IMG/VR virus record: IMGVR_UViG_3300025138_011172
Coordinates: 1,638 to 65,637 of that record
DNA: 64,000 nt
Strand: one strand, 5' to 3'
Origin: a virus
Taxonomy: Duplodnaviria; Caudoviricetes
Numbering within the stretch: position 1 is the first letter of the stretch; every line of letters begins with the position of its first letter. Made by a program: the position numbers and the translations under genes. This document shows positions 19,189 to 29,814 of this stretch, piece after piece. Below the pieces are notes generated by a model. The model did no database searches. It saw nothing but the letters and a program-made list of their open reading frames with translations, and was not told the origin of the DNA.

Positions 19189-19692
19189 ATGGAGATATTA
19201 TTTATAAAAGATAAAGAGTATGAAGTTTTAAATAAGGATGTTATTAATCCTTATAGAAAATATTATACTTTAAAAAATTTATATAATAATCAACATTATG
19301 CTTTAATAATTTCAGATTATAGAAAAGCTAACTTTGTAGTAGAAGGAAATATCACAGCCCAAATTCATAAAATAGGAACAAGTCCATTATTTACTGTAAA
19401 AAACCCGGATGAAATAATTTTTAAGACTATATCTTCTAAAAAAACATCCAATAAATTATTTAAGAGGTTTAATTTTAATAGTGGAACAGTTGATATAAAA
19501 AGACATATTGCTAAAACTTTAACATGGAGAGTTTTAGGAACTATAGATACTATAATATTATCTTATTTAATAACAGGAAATATGAAAATTGGGTTTACAA
19601 TAGGGTCTGTAGAAGTGTTTACAAAAATGATACTTTATTATCTTCATGAAAGAACTTGGTATAAATTTTCAAAATTTGGGGTAAAAAAATGA
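19189..19692 (+). CDS. DUF2061-like membrane domain protein
   Basis: C-terminal RHIAKTLTWRVLGTIDT...KMILYYLHERTW. Confidence 0.7.
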   Translation: MEILFIKDKEYEVLNKDVINPYRKYYTLKNLYNNQHYALIISDYRKANFVVEGNITAQIHKIGTSPLFTVKNPDEIIFKTISSKKTSNKLFKRFNFNSGTVDIKRHIAKTLTWRVLGTIDTIILSYLITGNMKIGFTIGSVEVFTKMILYYLHERTWYKFSKFGVKK

Positions 19693-19889
19693 TGGGAAAG
19701 GGTATCCAAAAAATAACAATGAAAACCCAATTACTATTTAATGGGTGGTGGGCTCACTATCACCCTAATTGTTGGTTTAAAGACTCAGAAGATACTCAAT
19801 ATTTAGAAAAAGGTGTATTAGTTGGATTTAGACCTGAAGAAGAAGGATTAACCATGAAAGAAGCATATGAAAGATCCAAAAAAAGATAA
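19689..19889 (+). CDS. Hypothetical protein
   Basis: 66-aa coupled ORF. Confidence 0.45.
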   Translation: MMGKGIQKITMKTQLLFNGWWAHYHPNCWFKDSEDTQYLEKGVLVGFRPEEEGLTMKEAYERSKKR

Positions 19890-20304
19890 AATAAGAAATA
19901 TATTTGATTGGTTAAATCATATAACTTTGTATAAAACACCAAGTACAGAGTTTACCGATAACGACTGGGAAAATTTTAATTCATATATGGTGCATAGATT
20001 TATAAGTATGAATCAATATTATGTTGAAATCGCCGATTATGCGCAATCTTTAATGCCAAATATGAAAAAAGAAATATATAATTTTTATAAAGAAATGATA
20101 CCAAAAAGCAAAACATATTTAAAATATGTTAAATCCCAAACTAAGGATTATAATAAAGAGTTAATAGAAAAAATAGCAGAATACTATGAAGTTGGAATCC
20201 GTGAAGCTCGTTCGTATATTGCTGTAATGGAAAAAGATGAATTAACCCAAATATTAGGAGAAATGGGGTTAGAACAAAAATATATTAAAAAATTATTTAA
20301 ATGA
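19867..20304 (+). CDS. Clamp loader small subunit (gp62-like)
   Basis: IFDWLN, FNSYMVHRFISM, YYEVGIREARSY pattern; replication-module context. Confidence 0.65.
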   Translation: MKDPKKDKIRNIFDWLNHITLYKTPSTEFTDNDWENFNSYMVHRFISMNQYYVEIADYAQSLMPNMKKEIYNFYKEMIPKSKTYLKYVKSQTKDYNKELIEKIAEYYEVGIREARSYIAVMEKDELTQILGEMGLEQKYIKKLFK

Positions 20305-20519
20305 CAGAATCAGATGAAGTAGAAGAAGTTCTATTTGAAGCATATTATTTAGGAATAAGAGACCAAGTAATGAAAAAAGCCAATGATTGGATAAAGAGAA
20401 AAAAGATGCCAAAAGGAGTAGCATATCGAAGAGCACTTGATCGTTATAAAAAAGAGGGGAAAATAGAGATAGGCTCTAGTGGAACTTTCCATAAAGACAA
20501 AACACCATCAAATAAATGA
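20301..20519 (+). CDS. Hypothetical protein
   Basis: 72-aa coupled ORF. Confidence 0.5.
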   Translation: MTESDEVEEVLFEAYYLGIRDQVMKKANDWIKRKKMPKGVAYRRALDRYKKEGKIEIGSSGTFHKDKTPSNK

Positions 20520-20743
20520 AAAAAAGTAAAGTTATAGAAGCATTAACGGCACAAGCAAATGCAGATAAAGCAAAGGCCATGATGGCATTAGATTTATTAG
20601 AAAACCAAGCAGTAGGAATTGGTGATCATACAGTAAATGATTTTATGAAAGATGCCGTTGAAGCATTAGAATTATTAGTTGAAGCTGATGATAAATTAGA
20701 AACATTAAATAAATATTGGGGCGATCAACCTCTACCTTTTTAA
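20516..20743 (+). CDS. Hypothetical helical protein
   Basis: 75-aa ORF with AVGIGDH motif. Confidence 0.55.
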   Translation: MKKSKVIEALTAQANADKAKAMMALDLLENQAVGIGDHTVNDFMKDAVEALELLVEADDKLETLNKYWGDQPLPF

Positions 20744-20744
20744 T

Positions 20745-21080
20745 ATGGACCCAGTAAAAGTATTTGAAAAAGAATACCCTGAATTATCTCAGGAGTTTAA
20801 AGAAATTCAAGATGAAATGTATAGAATGTTTGCAGCTAAACATTTAGACTATGGATTAAATAACATCTCACTAGGTGGTGATTTAACCCAAGAAAAGGAT
20901 AAAAAATTTTCATTAACGGGATTAGCAATTAGATTAACTGATAAAATTTCAAGATTAAGAAATTTATTAACTAATGGTAGAAATTTTGTTAGAGGTGAAG
21001 GAATGGAAGACACGTTTATAGATGTAGCTAATTATGGTATAATTGGTTTATTAGTAGGACGTGATAAATGGAAAAAATAA
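20745..21080 (+). CDS. DUF1599-like (nucleotide-modification-associated) all-alpha protein
   Basis: KHLDYG...IRLTDKISRL...EDTFIDVANYGII pattern. Confidence 0.7.
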   Translation: MDPVKVFEKEYPELSQEFKEIQDEMYRMFAAKHLDYGLNNISLGGDLTQEKDKKFSLTGLAIRLTDKISRLRNLLTNGRNFVRGEGMEDTFIDVANYGIIGLLVGRDKWKK

Positions 21081-22028
21081 ATGCCTAAAACTCCAACTAT
21101 AGTAAGGGAAATCCAACAATCTCCAAAAAGAGAAGTAAATTATGCTTTTCAAAAGAATATTTCATATTCACAATATTCAATGTGGAAAAAATGCCCTAAA
21201 CAGTGGGCATTACAATATAGAGATGGTCATAAAATTTACACCCCAAGTGTTCATACTGTATTTGGGAAAGCTTTACATGAAGCATTCCAACATTACATAG
21301 AAGTAATGTACACTGAGAGTGCAGCAGCAGCTGATAGAGAAGATATATTAGGATTATTAAAAGATAAACTTAGAGAACACTATCAGGATGAATATAAAAA
21401 AAACAATAGCCAACACTTTTCAGACCCAGGTGAACTAAGTGAATTTTATGATGATGGAGTAGAAATATTAAATTATTTAAAAAAGAACCGTGGAAAATAT
21501 TTTTCTAAGAGAGGATGGCATCTAGTAGGAATAGAAACACCCATTACAATACCTCCTATACAGTATAACCCTAATGTTTTATTTATAGGATATTTAGATA
21601 TTGTAATGTATAATGAAAAATTAAATAAGTTTAAAATTATAGATATAAAAACATCTACTAATGGTTGGAAGTTAAATTATGTTAAAAATGATGAAGATAA
21701 ACAATTTCAACTTATTTTATACAAAAAATTCTTTGCAGAACAATTTGGAGTCCCAGAAAAGAATATTGATATTGAGTTCTTTATCACTCGGAGAAAAGTT
21801 TACACTGGGGGTGACTATCCTCAAAAAAGATTTCAAATGTATGAACCTCCCTCGGGTAAGATAAAAATAGGTAGAGCAACTAAAGCTTTAAATGAATTTA
21901 TAAATGAATGTTTTATAAAAAGTGAATATACAACTAAAGAAATGCAAGCTAACCCAAGTAAATGGAATTGTGGTTTTTGTTCTTACAAAAATGATAAAAA
22001 ATTATGTGGGCTAGGTGCGCATCTTTAA
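21081..22028 (+). CDS. PD-(D/E)XK exonuclease (RecB/Cas4-like)
   Basis: SYSQ..CP, FGKALH, GYLD, IIDIKTS, QLILY, C-terminal CGFCSY..C. Confidence 0.85.
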   Translation: MPKTPTIVREIQQSPKREVNYAFQKNISYSQYSMWKKCPKQWALQYRDGHKIYTPSVHTVFGKALHEAFQHYIEVMYTESAAAADREDILGLLKDKLREHYQDEYKKNNSQHFSDPGELSEFYDDGVEILNYLKKNRGKYFSKRGWHLVGIETPITIPPIQYNPNVLFIGYLDIVMYNEKLNKFKIIDIKTSTNGWKLNYVKNDEDKQFQLILYKKFFAEQFGVPEKNIDIEFFITRRKVYTGGDYPQKRFQMYEPPSGKIKIGRATKALNEFINECFIKSEYTTKEMQANPSKWNCGFCSYKNDKKLCGLGAHL

Positions 22029-22077
22029 AAAGAATATGTATGTATGAATATACAAATAGTTATTAAAAATAAAAGAT

Positions 22078-22263
22078 ATGCCAAATAAAGAAAAAACACT
22101 AACTAGTGTTAAAATCCAAAGCGATTTATTCCAAGATTTTAAAATAGAATGCGTAAAACGTAAATTTTCATTCCAGAAACTTGCTGATCGTGCTATTCAT
22201 TTATATCTTACAAATGAAGATTTTAGAAAAACAATAAACAATCATAATAACCTAGAACTATAA
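22078..22263 (+). CDS. Small putative ribbon-helix-helix DNA-binding protein
   Basis: LTSVKI strand followed by two helices. Confidence 0.45.
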   Translation: MPNKEKTLTSVKIQSDLFQDFKIECVKRKFSFQKLADRAIHLYLTNEDFRKTINNHNNLEL

Positions 22264-22266
22264 AAA

Positions 22267-23706
22267 ATGAATAAAGATTTTAAATACCTCCCAAAAGATA
22301 AAAGAAAAAAAATACTATTATTATGTGATGATATTAGAGTTCATTCAGGGGTGGCTACTGTAGCAAAAGAAATAGTTTTAAAAACATCCCAACATTTTAA
22401 TTGGGTTCAAGTAGCAGGAGCAATCAAACATCCTGATGAAGGAAAGAAATTAGATTTAAGTGAATCTATAAACAATGAAACAGGGCTAGAAGATGCAAGT
22501 TTAATTTTATATCCTACAAGTGGTTATGGTAGTCAAGAATTAGTAAGACAAATGATAAAAATGGAAAAACCTGATGGTATTTTCATCATTACAGACCCTA
22601 GATATTTTTCATGGTTATTTGAAATGGAAAATGAAATTAGAAGAAAATGTCCTATTATTTATCTTAATATTTGGGATGATTACCCAGCTCCATTATATAA
22701 TAAAGCTTTTTATGAATCTTGTGATGCTTTATTAGGCATTTCAAAACAAACAGTAAATATTAATAAAATTGTTTTAGGAGATAAAGCTAAGGATAAAATT
22801 ATAAAATATGTTCCTCATGGTTTAAATTGGAAAGTATATAAACCTTTAGATAAAAATTCTAAAGAAGTTCAAGATTTTAAAAATAAAACATTTGATAAAA
22901 AAGAAGTAGATTTTGTTCTATTTTTTAATTCAAGAAATATTAGAAGAAAACAAATCCCAGATACAATGTGGGCGTTTAGGATGTTTTTAGATAAACTCCC
23001 TAAGGAAAAAGCAGATAAATGTAGGTTAATTTTACATACTGAAATATCACATGAAGCTGGTACTAATTTAGAAGCTGTAAAAGAATTATTGTTTGATGAT
23101 AAGTATCCAAATGCTATAAAATTTTCAACAAATAAATTAAGCCCAGATGATTTAAATTTAATGTACAACATGTCTGATGCCCAAATACTTTTAACCTCTA
23201 ATGAAGGGTGGGGATTAACACTAACAGAAGCTATGTTAACAGGTAATCCTATTATAGCTAATGTTACAGGGGGCATGCAAGATCAAATGAGATTTGTTGA
23301 TGAAAATGAAAAATGGTTTATACCTTCCCCAGAAGTACCTTCTAACAATTCAGGAAAATATAAGGAACATGGTGAGTGGGCATTTCCTGTTTATCCTGCT
23401 TGTAGATCTATTCAAGGTTCTCCTATTACTCCTTATATTTGGGATGATAGATGTAAACCAGAGGATGCAGCAGATAGAATTAGAGAAATATATGACCTTT
23501 CTCCTAAAAAAAGAAAAGAATTAGGTCTTAAAGGAAGAAAATGGGCTTTAAGTGAAGAAGCCGGTTTTACAACTGAGATGCAAGCTAAAAGGGTAATAGA
23601 GGCTATAGATGAATTATTTAAAACTTGGAAACCTAGAAAGAGATATGAATTAATAAATTCTAATATTAACATTAAACAAACACAAACACATAATTTAGTA
23701 TATTAA
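22267..23706 (+). CDS. GT4-like glycosyltransferase
   Basis: HSGVA, RNIRRKQ, EGWGLTLTEAM motifs. Confidence 0.85.
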   Translation: MNKDFKYLPKDKRKKILLLCDDIRVHSGVATVAKEIVLKTSQHFNWVQVAGAIKHPDEGKKLDLSESINNETGLEDASLILYPTSGYGSQELVRQMIKMEKPDGIFIITDPRYFSWLFEMENEIRRKCPIIYLNIWDDYPAPLYNKAFYESCDALLGISKQTVNINKIVLGDKAKDKIIKYVPHGLNWKVYKPLDKNSKEVQDFKNKTFDKKEVDFVLFFNSRNIRRKQIPDTMWAFRMFLDKLPKEKADKCRLILHTEISHEAGTNLEAVKELLFDDKYPNAIKFSTNKLSPDDLNLMYNMSDAQILLTSNEGWGLTLTEAMLTGNPIIANVTGGMQDQMRFVDENEKWFIPSPEVPSNNSGKYKEHGEWAFPVYPACRSIQGSPITPYIWDDRCKPEDAADRIREIYDLSPKKRKELGLKGRKWALSEEAGFTTEMQAKRVIEAIDELFKTWKPRKRYELINSNINIKQTQTHNLVY

Positions 23707-23707
23707 T

Positions 23708-25057
23708 ATGAAACCAATATTTGTAATAAGTTGCCCTATTGATACCTATTCAGGGTATGGGGCAAGAGGAAGAGATGTAGCAAAAGCTATAATAGAACTA
23801 GATAAATATGATGTAAAAATTTTGCCTCAAAGATGGGGTGCTACTCCTTGGGGATTTATAGAAGATCACTCTGAATGGGAATTTTTAAACAAACATTTAG
23901 TTTTTGATAATAGCCAAATTACCCAAAAACCAGACATATGGATGCAAATAACAATTCCAAATGAATTCCAACCACTTGGACATTTTAATATTGGTATGAC
24001 AGCAGGCATAGAAACTACCTTATGTAAAAAAGAATGGATTGATGGGGGTAACAGGATGGATATAATATTAGGATCCTCAGAACATTCATTAAATGTATTA
24101 AAAAATACTAAATATGAACAAAGAGATAATAAAACCCAACAGGTTGTCCAAATAATAGAATTAACAACCCCTACAGAAGTTTTATTTGAGGGATTAAATT
24201 TAGACATTTATAAAAAAACAGACTCAACATTTGATCTTTCTAATATAAAAGAATCATTTGCTTTTCTATTTGTAGGACATTGGACAGGAGGAGGATTAGG
24301 ACATGATAGAAAAAACATTCCAGCTTTAATAAAGGGTTTTTGTGAATCCTTTAAAAATCAAAAATCACCACCTGCTTTAATATTAAAAACTACAACGGGT
24401 ATTCCCTCTTATATAGATAGAGATAGAGTTTTAAGTATGATCCAAGAAATTAAAAAAACCGTAAGAGGAAAATGTCCTAACATATATTTACTTCATGGGG
24501 AATTTACAGATAAAGAAATAAATGATCTTTATAATCACCCAAAGATTAAAACAATGATTAGTTTAACTCGAGGGGAAGGATTTGGAAGACCTTTACTTGA
24601 ATTTACTCAAACTAAAAAACCAATCATTACTACAGGATGGTCAGGTCATACGGATTTTCTAAAACCTAATATGAGTACTTTACTTCCTGGAAAATTAATT
24701 GATCTCCATCCTAGTTCAAGAAATGATTGGTTTGTAGAAGGGGCTAAATGGTTTGAAGTTGATATTATGGCTTTAGGAAAATCATTAAAAGAAATGTTTA
24801 AAAAGTATAATACTTTTTTACATGGGGCAAAGAAACAAGGTAATTATTGTAAAGAAAATTTTAGTTATGAAAAAATGAAAGAAAAATTCAAAAGAATTCT
24901 TTCTCAAAACTTAAAAGAAAAGCCAAAACAAGTAGGACTAAATTTACCGAAATTAAATAAAGTTTCAAGTCCTCCACCTAAATTAAATTTACCTAAATTA
25001 GCTAAATCTAATCAAGATTCACCTAAATTAAAATTACCAAAACTTCAAAAAGTATAA
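23708..25057 (+). CDS. GT4-like glycosyltransferase with LPKL-repeat tail
   Basis: SGYGARG, DRKN, GEGFGRPLLE; three LxLPKL repeats at the C-terminus. Confidence 0.85.
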   Translation: MKPIFVISCPIDTYSGYGARGRDVAKAIIELDKYDVKILPQRWGATPWGFIEDHSEWEFLNKHLVFDNSQITQKPDIWMQITIPNEFQPLGHFNIGMTAGIETTLCKKEWIDGGNRMDIILGSSEHSLNVLKNTKYEQRDNKTQQVVQIIELTTPTEVLFEGLNLDIYKKTDSTFDLSNIKESFAFLFVGHWTGGGLGHDRKNIPALIKGFCESFKNQKSPPALILKTTTGIPSYIDRDRVLSMIQEIKKTVRGKCPNIYLLHGEFTDKEINDLYNHPKIKTMISLTRGEGFGRPLLEFTQTKKPIITTGWSGHTDFLKPNMSTLLPGKLIDLHPSSRNDWFVEGAKWFEVDIMALGKSLKEMFKKYNTFLHGAKKQGNYCKENFSYEKMKEKFKRILSQNLKEKPKQVGLNLPKLNKVSSPPPKLNLPKLAKSNQDSPKLKLPKLQKV

Positions 25058-25060
25058 ATT

Positions 25061-25525
25061 ATGCAAGGTACAGATAAATTAACAATATGTCCTAGATGTG
25101 GATCAGACGCATGTTATGTTACTGAAGTAAACCAAGATATAAATAATTATTTTTGTTATGGATGTGGTTTTCAATCAAACACGTTAATGAGAGAAGGAGA
25201 ATTATTAATGGAAGAACAAATGGATGTTCTTCCTGAGCTTTATAAAGATTTAAAGTTTGAACATGAAAGTGGTCAAATATGGTTCCCTTCAACAATAAAT
25301 TTAACAGAACAGGGAATGGTATTTGCAAACGGGTCTACAACTGATAATTGGGCATGGGCTGCTGTTAAATCCATTGAAGTAACTGAGGAAGAAAAAGAAA
25401 AATATCCAATACCTAATAAAGAAGGGGAATATTATAAACATAGGATGGATATGACTACTATGAAACAATTTAAAGAACGTGATTTTATAGAAGCTCTTTC
25501 ATATATTGGGGTATTACCAGGTTAA
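25061..25525 (+). CDS. Zn-ribbon protein
   Basis: CPRC...CYGC. Confidence 0.55.
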   Translation: MQGTDKLTICPRCGSDACYVTEVNQDINNYFCYGCGFQSNTLMREGELLMEEQMDVLPELYKDLKFEHESGQIWFPSTINLTEQGMVFANGSTTDNWAWAAVKSIEVTEEEKEKYPIPNKEGEYYKHRMDMTTMKQFKERDFIEALSYIGVLPG

Positions 25526-25530
25526 AAAAT

Positions 25531-26154
25531 ATGAAAATAAGTTATGCAATTACAGTCTGTAATGAATTTTTAGAAATTCAACGACTAGTAAAATTTCTAT
25601 TAAAAAATAAACGTAAACAAGATGAAATAGTAATACTATTTGATTCTAATAATAAGGGTAATGATGTTGAAGAGTTTTTAAGGGCAAAATCAGTTAATGG
25701 AGAATTTAATTGGGTCCCTTATAAATTTGATGGTCATTTTGCTAATATGAAAAATCAATTATCTTCTTTATGTTATGGAGATTATATTTTTCAAATAGAT
25801 GCTGATGAAATTCCCCATAAATATTTAATAGAAACACTCCCAATTATATTAGAATCTAACCCTGATAATGAAGTTTATTTAGTTCCCAGAGTAAATACGG
25901 TTAAGGGTTTAACCCAAGAACATATTCAAAGATGGGGATGGAGAGTTGATGAAAAAAATTGGGTAAACTACCCAGATTATCAATATCGTATTTGGAAAAA
26001 TAAACCTGAAATTAAATGGAAAAATAAAGTTCATGAGATTTTAGAGGGCCACATTAATTTTTCTCCTTTACCTAGTGAAGAAGAATTATCATTATATCAC
26101 CCCAAAACAATAGAAAAACAAGAAAAACAAAATAACTACTATAATACCTTATGA
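25531..26154 (+). CDS. GT2 glycosyltransferase
   Basis: ISYAITVCNE, IFQIDADE, VHE motifs. Confidence 0.85.
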   Translation: MKISYAITVCNEFLEIQRLVKFLLKNKRKQDEIVILFDSNNKGNDVEEFLRAKSVNGEFNWVPYKFDGHFANMKNQLSSLCYGDYIFQIDADEIPHKYLIETLPIILESNPDNEVYLVPRVNTVKGLTQEHIQRWGWRVDEKNWVNYPDYQYRIWKNKPEIKWKNKVHEILEGHINFSPLPSEEELSLYHPKTIEKQEKQNNYYNTL

Positions 26155-27020
26155 TACAAATAGTTTTACATTGTCTTCCTAATGAATTAGATCAAATAGG
26201 ATGGATAGTAGATCAATTAAAGAGATCTTCTAGATTTGTTAACCCTAATAATTTTATTTTAGATTTTACTCTTAATGTATCTGATGAAGATGTTAATTGG
26301 GAAAAATCAATATTAAAAAAACAATTTTGTATTGATAAATTCAACCTTCTTTTTGAAAAAAGCCCATTTATTAACCAAAACAAAATTTCAGAAATAAAAA
26401 CAGGTTGTAATACTGTAAGAAGAAATGCTTTAAGAGAACAAAATAATAATGTAACTCACATAATAGGATTAGACCCTGATTTATTATTTCCAGAACAATT
26501 ACTATATTATCTATATAATGCAACAAAAATTATTGAAAATAAATATAGTATAGTTACACCTCAAATTTTTCAATTATGGGATTCTTCTTGGGATATTATA
26601 TCTCATGATGAGTATAAAGATACCCCTAGAAATGAAAAATTATGGTTAAAAGACCCTTATAGGTTATTTGATCATGAAACTTCAAATGCCCAATTAAAAC
26701 AATTACCCTACACTAAATTTGATGGAGGGTGGATGACTATGTATAGTAAAAATCTTTTACAGTTAATTGATATCCCCGATAGTTTAGGACATTATGGTTT
26801 AGATGATACTTTTATTTCTGATTGTTCAAACCTTTTAATGCAGAAAGATTATGATGTAAAGCATTACATTATTGAAGATGTTATTGTGATGGAAGATAGG
26901 GTATACCGTTCTAGTACAATGGATCCTTTTATATCTTTAAGAGACCATAAAAATAGTATGAGAGATAATTCTCATGTTAAATATGCTTTAGAAATAGAAA
27001 AATTTAAAAATAGAATATAG
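26151..27020 (+). CDS. GT-A fold glycosyltransferase-like
   Basis: LDPD (DxD), YGLDD. Confidence 0.55.
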   Translation: MIQIVLHCLPNELDQIGWIVDQLKRSSRFVNPNNFILDFTLNVSDEDVNWEKSILKKQFCIDKFNLLFEKSPFINQNKISEIKTGCNTVRRNALREQNNNVTHIIGLDPDLLFPEQLLYYLYNATKIIENKYSIVTPQIFQLWDSSWDIISHDEYKDTPRNEKLWLKDPYRLFDHETSNAQLKQLPYTKFDGGWMTMYSKNLLQLIDIPDSLGHYGLDDTFISDCSNLLMQKDYDVKHYIIEDVIVMEDRVYRSSTMDPFISLRDHKNSMRDNSHVKYALEIEKFKNRI

Positions 27021-27668
27021 ATGAAAATACTTTACGTTTTTGTAGCACATATAGATGATTTAGAATTTTCATGTTTAGGATATTTACTTAATTCTAAATA
27101 TGATAAAATAAAAGTAATTATAGCTACTACATGGGAAGCTAAAGAAAAAATATTTCAAAAAAATCTAAAATTATTAAAAAGTAATATAAATAAAAAAAAT
27201 TTAATTAAACATATTGATTTAGAATATATTAATTTAGGATTTGAACAGAGAGTAATTCCTACACATTTTGATAAAGTTAAGGATAAATTTTATAAAAAAA
27301 TTGATTTTAATAGTGATTTTGATATATTAACCCATGATATAAATGACGCTCATACAGATCATAGATCCTTATATGATATTTCATTAGGTCTTTACAAATA
27401 TGCTAATAAGTTTATTACAATTTATAGCCCTGAAGCTATTAACTTTAAACCTAATTATTTTGTAGAATTATCAAAGGAACAAAATGATCTAAAAAAAGAC
27501 CTATTAAATAACTATAACTTTAATGAAGAACAATCATATGCTCAAAAAGGTAGTTATTTTAATGATAATAGAATAGATTTACCAACACATTTTGCACTTG
27601 AAAACTTTCATGGAAAAGATATAGAAAGTTGTGAAATATACAAAATACACAAATGGTTACAAAATTAA
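27021..27668 (+). CDS. PIG-L/LmbE family de-N-acetylase
   Basis: AHIDD and HTDH motifs. Confidence 0.8.
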   Translation: MKILYVFVAHIDDLEFSCLGYLLNSKYDKIKVIIATTWEAKEKIFQKNLKLLKSNINKKNLIKHIDLEYINLGFEQRVIPTHFDKVKDKFYKKIDFNSDFDILTHDINDAHTDHRSLYDISLGLYKYANKFITIYSPEAINFKPNYFVELSKEQNDLKKDLLNNYNFNEEQSYAQKGSYFNDNRIDLPTHFALENFHGKDIESCEIYKIHKWLQN

Positions 27669-29320
27669 ATTACAAAGTTTTAGATTGCACCTTAAGAGAT
27701 GGAGGGTATTACACTGATTGGAAATTTGAAACCCCTTTAGTTCGTAAAATGGTTAAAGCCTTAGATAATAATAAGGTTGATATAATTGAATTAGGATATA
27801 AATCTCCAATAAAGGGAGGACCTTATAGGAAATGTAATGATGGGTTTATCTCAGATATAATAGATTTTAAAGTAAATGCTTCTTTAGCTTTTATGATTGA
27901 TGTTAAAGATTATGTACTGGAGGGTAAAGTAAACCATGAATTACTTTTAGATATAATTAAACCCCAAAACACATTCCAAGTTTGTCGTGTAGCAGCTAAA
28001 TATGATGAACTTATATATCTTTCTACAATTGTTAAATTAATTCAAGGTTTAGGGTATAGAGTTATTTGCAATTTAATGGCTGCTTCAAGATTAACTAAAA
28101 AAGAAATAACTAATTATGTTTCTATTGCTAATTCTTTAAATTTAGAGGCTATTTATGTAGCAGATAGTTATGGAGCTTTATATCCTACAGATGTAAATTC
28201 AATTTTTTCTAATAAAAAAATTACAGGGATTCATACCCATGATAATATGGGATTAGCATTTGCTAATTGTTTAGAAGCTATAAACCAGGGAGCTACATAT
28301 ATAGATGGAACTTTAACTGGAATGGGGCGTGGAGTTGGGAATGTTACAACAGAACAATTATTAATCCATAGGGGGGAGATTAATTCTGATTTATTAGATT
28401 GCATTAATATATTTAATAAGATGAAAAAGCATTATGGATGGGGAGTAAATGCCCTTTATCATCAAGCAGGTAAACACCATATTCACCCTCTATATATGCA
28501 AGACTTAAACCAATCAAATTTAACTCCAAAGCAACTAATAGATGTTATTCAATCTTTATATGAATGTCATTCATATGATAATGAAGCTTTAAATGAATTA
28601 AAAAAACAACGTTCTGTAGTTGTAATTCCTGCTAGATATAAATCAAGTAGATTTCCAGGCAAACCATTGGCAAAAATTAAAGGAAAAGAAATGATACTTC
28701 ATGTCGCGGAAAAAGCAGAACAAGCTATAGGAAAAGAAAATGTTTACATAGCTACTGAAAATCAATTAATAGCTAATATTGTGAGAAAATCAGGATATAA
28801 AGTAATAATAACCTCAGATTCTTGTTTAACTGGAACTGATAGGATAGCTGAAGCTTCTAAAGAAATTAATGCTGACATTTTTATAAATGTTCAAGGTGAT
28901 GAACCCATGATTGATCCTAAAGATATAAAAAAAGTAATTAAGTTAAAAAAAGATAACCCAAATTATGTAATTAATTGTATGTCCCAACTTCATAAAGATG
29001 AAGATTCTAATGATAAAAAAATTCCAAAAATTGTTTGTGATTTAGAAGATAATTTATTATATTCAAGCCGAAATTCAATACCAACAAGAAAATCACAGGA
29101 TAGTAAAAAAATAATGAAACAAGTTTGTATTTATGCTTTTAGTAAATCTCAATTAAATAAGTTTTATAGTTTATCAAAAACTCCCCTAGAATCTGAAGAA
29201 GATATTGAAATAATTAGATGTTTAGAAAAAGGAATGTTAGTAAAAATGTTAAAGGTAGATAAAGTATCATACGCCGTAGATTATCCTGAAGATATTAAAA
29301 TAATTGAAAAAGTGTTATGA
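27653..29320 (+). CDS. Fusion of an HMGL-like pyruvate aldolase and a KdsB-like cytidylyltransferase
   Basis: DCTLRDGGY, ADSYG, HTHDNMG, GMGRGVGN; then IPARYKSSRFPGKPL, TGTDR, NVQGDEP, AVDYPED. Confidence 0.85.
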   Translation: MVTKLNYKVLDCTLRDGGYYTDWKFETPLVRKMVKALDNNKVDIIELGYKSPIKGGPYRKCNDGFISDIIDFKVNASLAFMIDVKDYVLEGKVNHELLLDIIKPQNTFQVCRVAAKYDELIYLSTIVKLIQGLGYRVICNLMAASRLTKKEITNYVSIANSLNLEAIYVADSYGALYPTDVNSIFSNKKITGIHTHDNMGLAFANCLEAINQGATYIDGTLTGMGRGVGNVTTEQLLIHRGEINSDLLDCINIFNKMKKHYGWGVNALYHQAGKHHIHPLYMQDLNQSNLTPKQLIDVIQSLYECHSYDNEALNELKKQRSVVVIPARYKSSRFPGKPLAKIKGKEMILHVAEKAEQAIGKENVYIATENQLIANIVRKSGYKVIITSDSCLTGTDRIAEASKEINADIFINVQGDEPMIDPKDIKKVIKLKKDNPNYVINCMSQLHKDEDSNDKKIPKIVCDLEDNLLYSSRNSIPTRKSQDSKKIMKQVCIYAFSKSQLNKFYSLSKTPLESEEDIEIIRCLEKGMLVKMLKVDKVSYAVDYPEDIKIIEKVL

Positions 29321-29811
29321 ATATAGAAGAATATGATATTATCCAAATAAAAGAAAATAATAATCAAATTGCTATTGATTTTGATGGTGTAATTCACAAA
29401 AATTCTAAAGGGTTTTATGATGGAACTGTATACGATCCCCCTATTGAAGGAGCAATTGAAACCATTAAAAAACTTTCAGAAAAATATACAATAGTTATTT
29501 TTACAGCTAAGGTAAAACCTGATAGACCTTTAGTAAATGGTAAAACAGGTGAGGAATTAATTTGGGAATGGCTTGATAAATATAAAATTTCTTCGTATAT
29601 TAAAGAAATTACGTGTGAAAAACCACGAGCAGTAGTTTACATAGATGATAGAGCCATTGGGTTTAAAGATTGGAATTCTTGTTTAATTGAATTAAAAACT
29701 ATAGAAGAAGAAAGAGAAAGATTAATTCAACAAAGTAAAACTTTATTTCAAAAAATGGAAGAATTTTTTATAAAAACTTTAAGTGATTTAAATATATTAA
29801 AAGAAAAGTAG
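29317..29811 (+). CDS. HAD-superfamily phosphatase
   Basis: IDFDGVI, KP...YIDDR. Confidence 0.8.
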   Translation: MNIEEYDIIQIKENNNQIAIDFDGVIHKNSKGFYDGTVYDPPIEGAIETIKKLSEKYTIVIFTAKVKPDRPLVNGKTGEELIWEWLDKYKISSYIKEITCEKPRAVVYIDDRAIGFKDWNSCLIELKTIEEERERLIQQSKTLFQKMEEFFIKTLSDLNILKEK

Positions 29812-29814
29812 TAA

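Noticed and set aside
21081-22028. Cas4 as part of a CRISPR adaptation module
   Set aside because: No cas1/cas2 or array; stand-alone Cas4/RecB-like nucleases are common in phage replication regions
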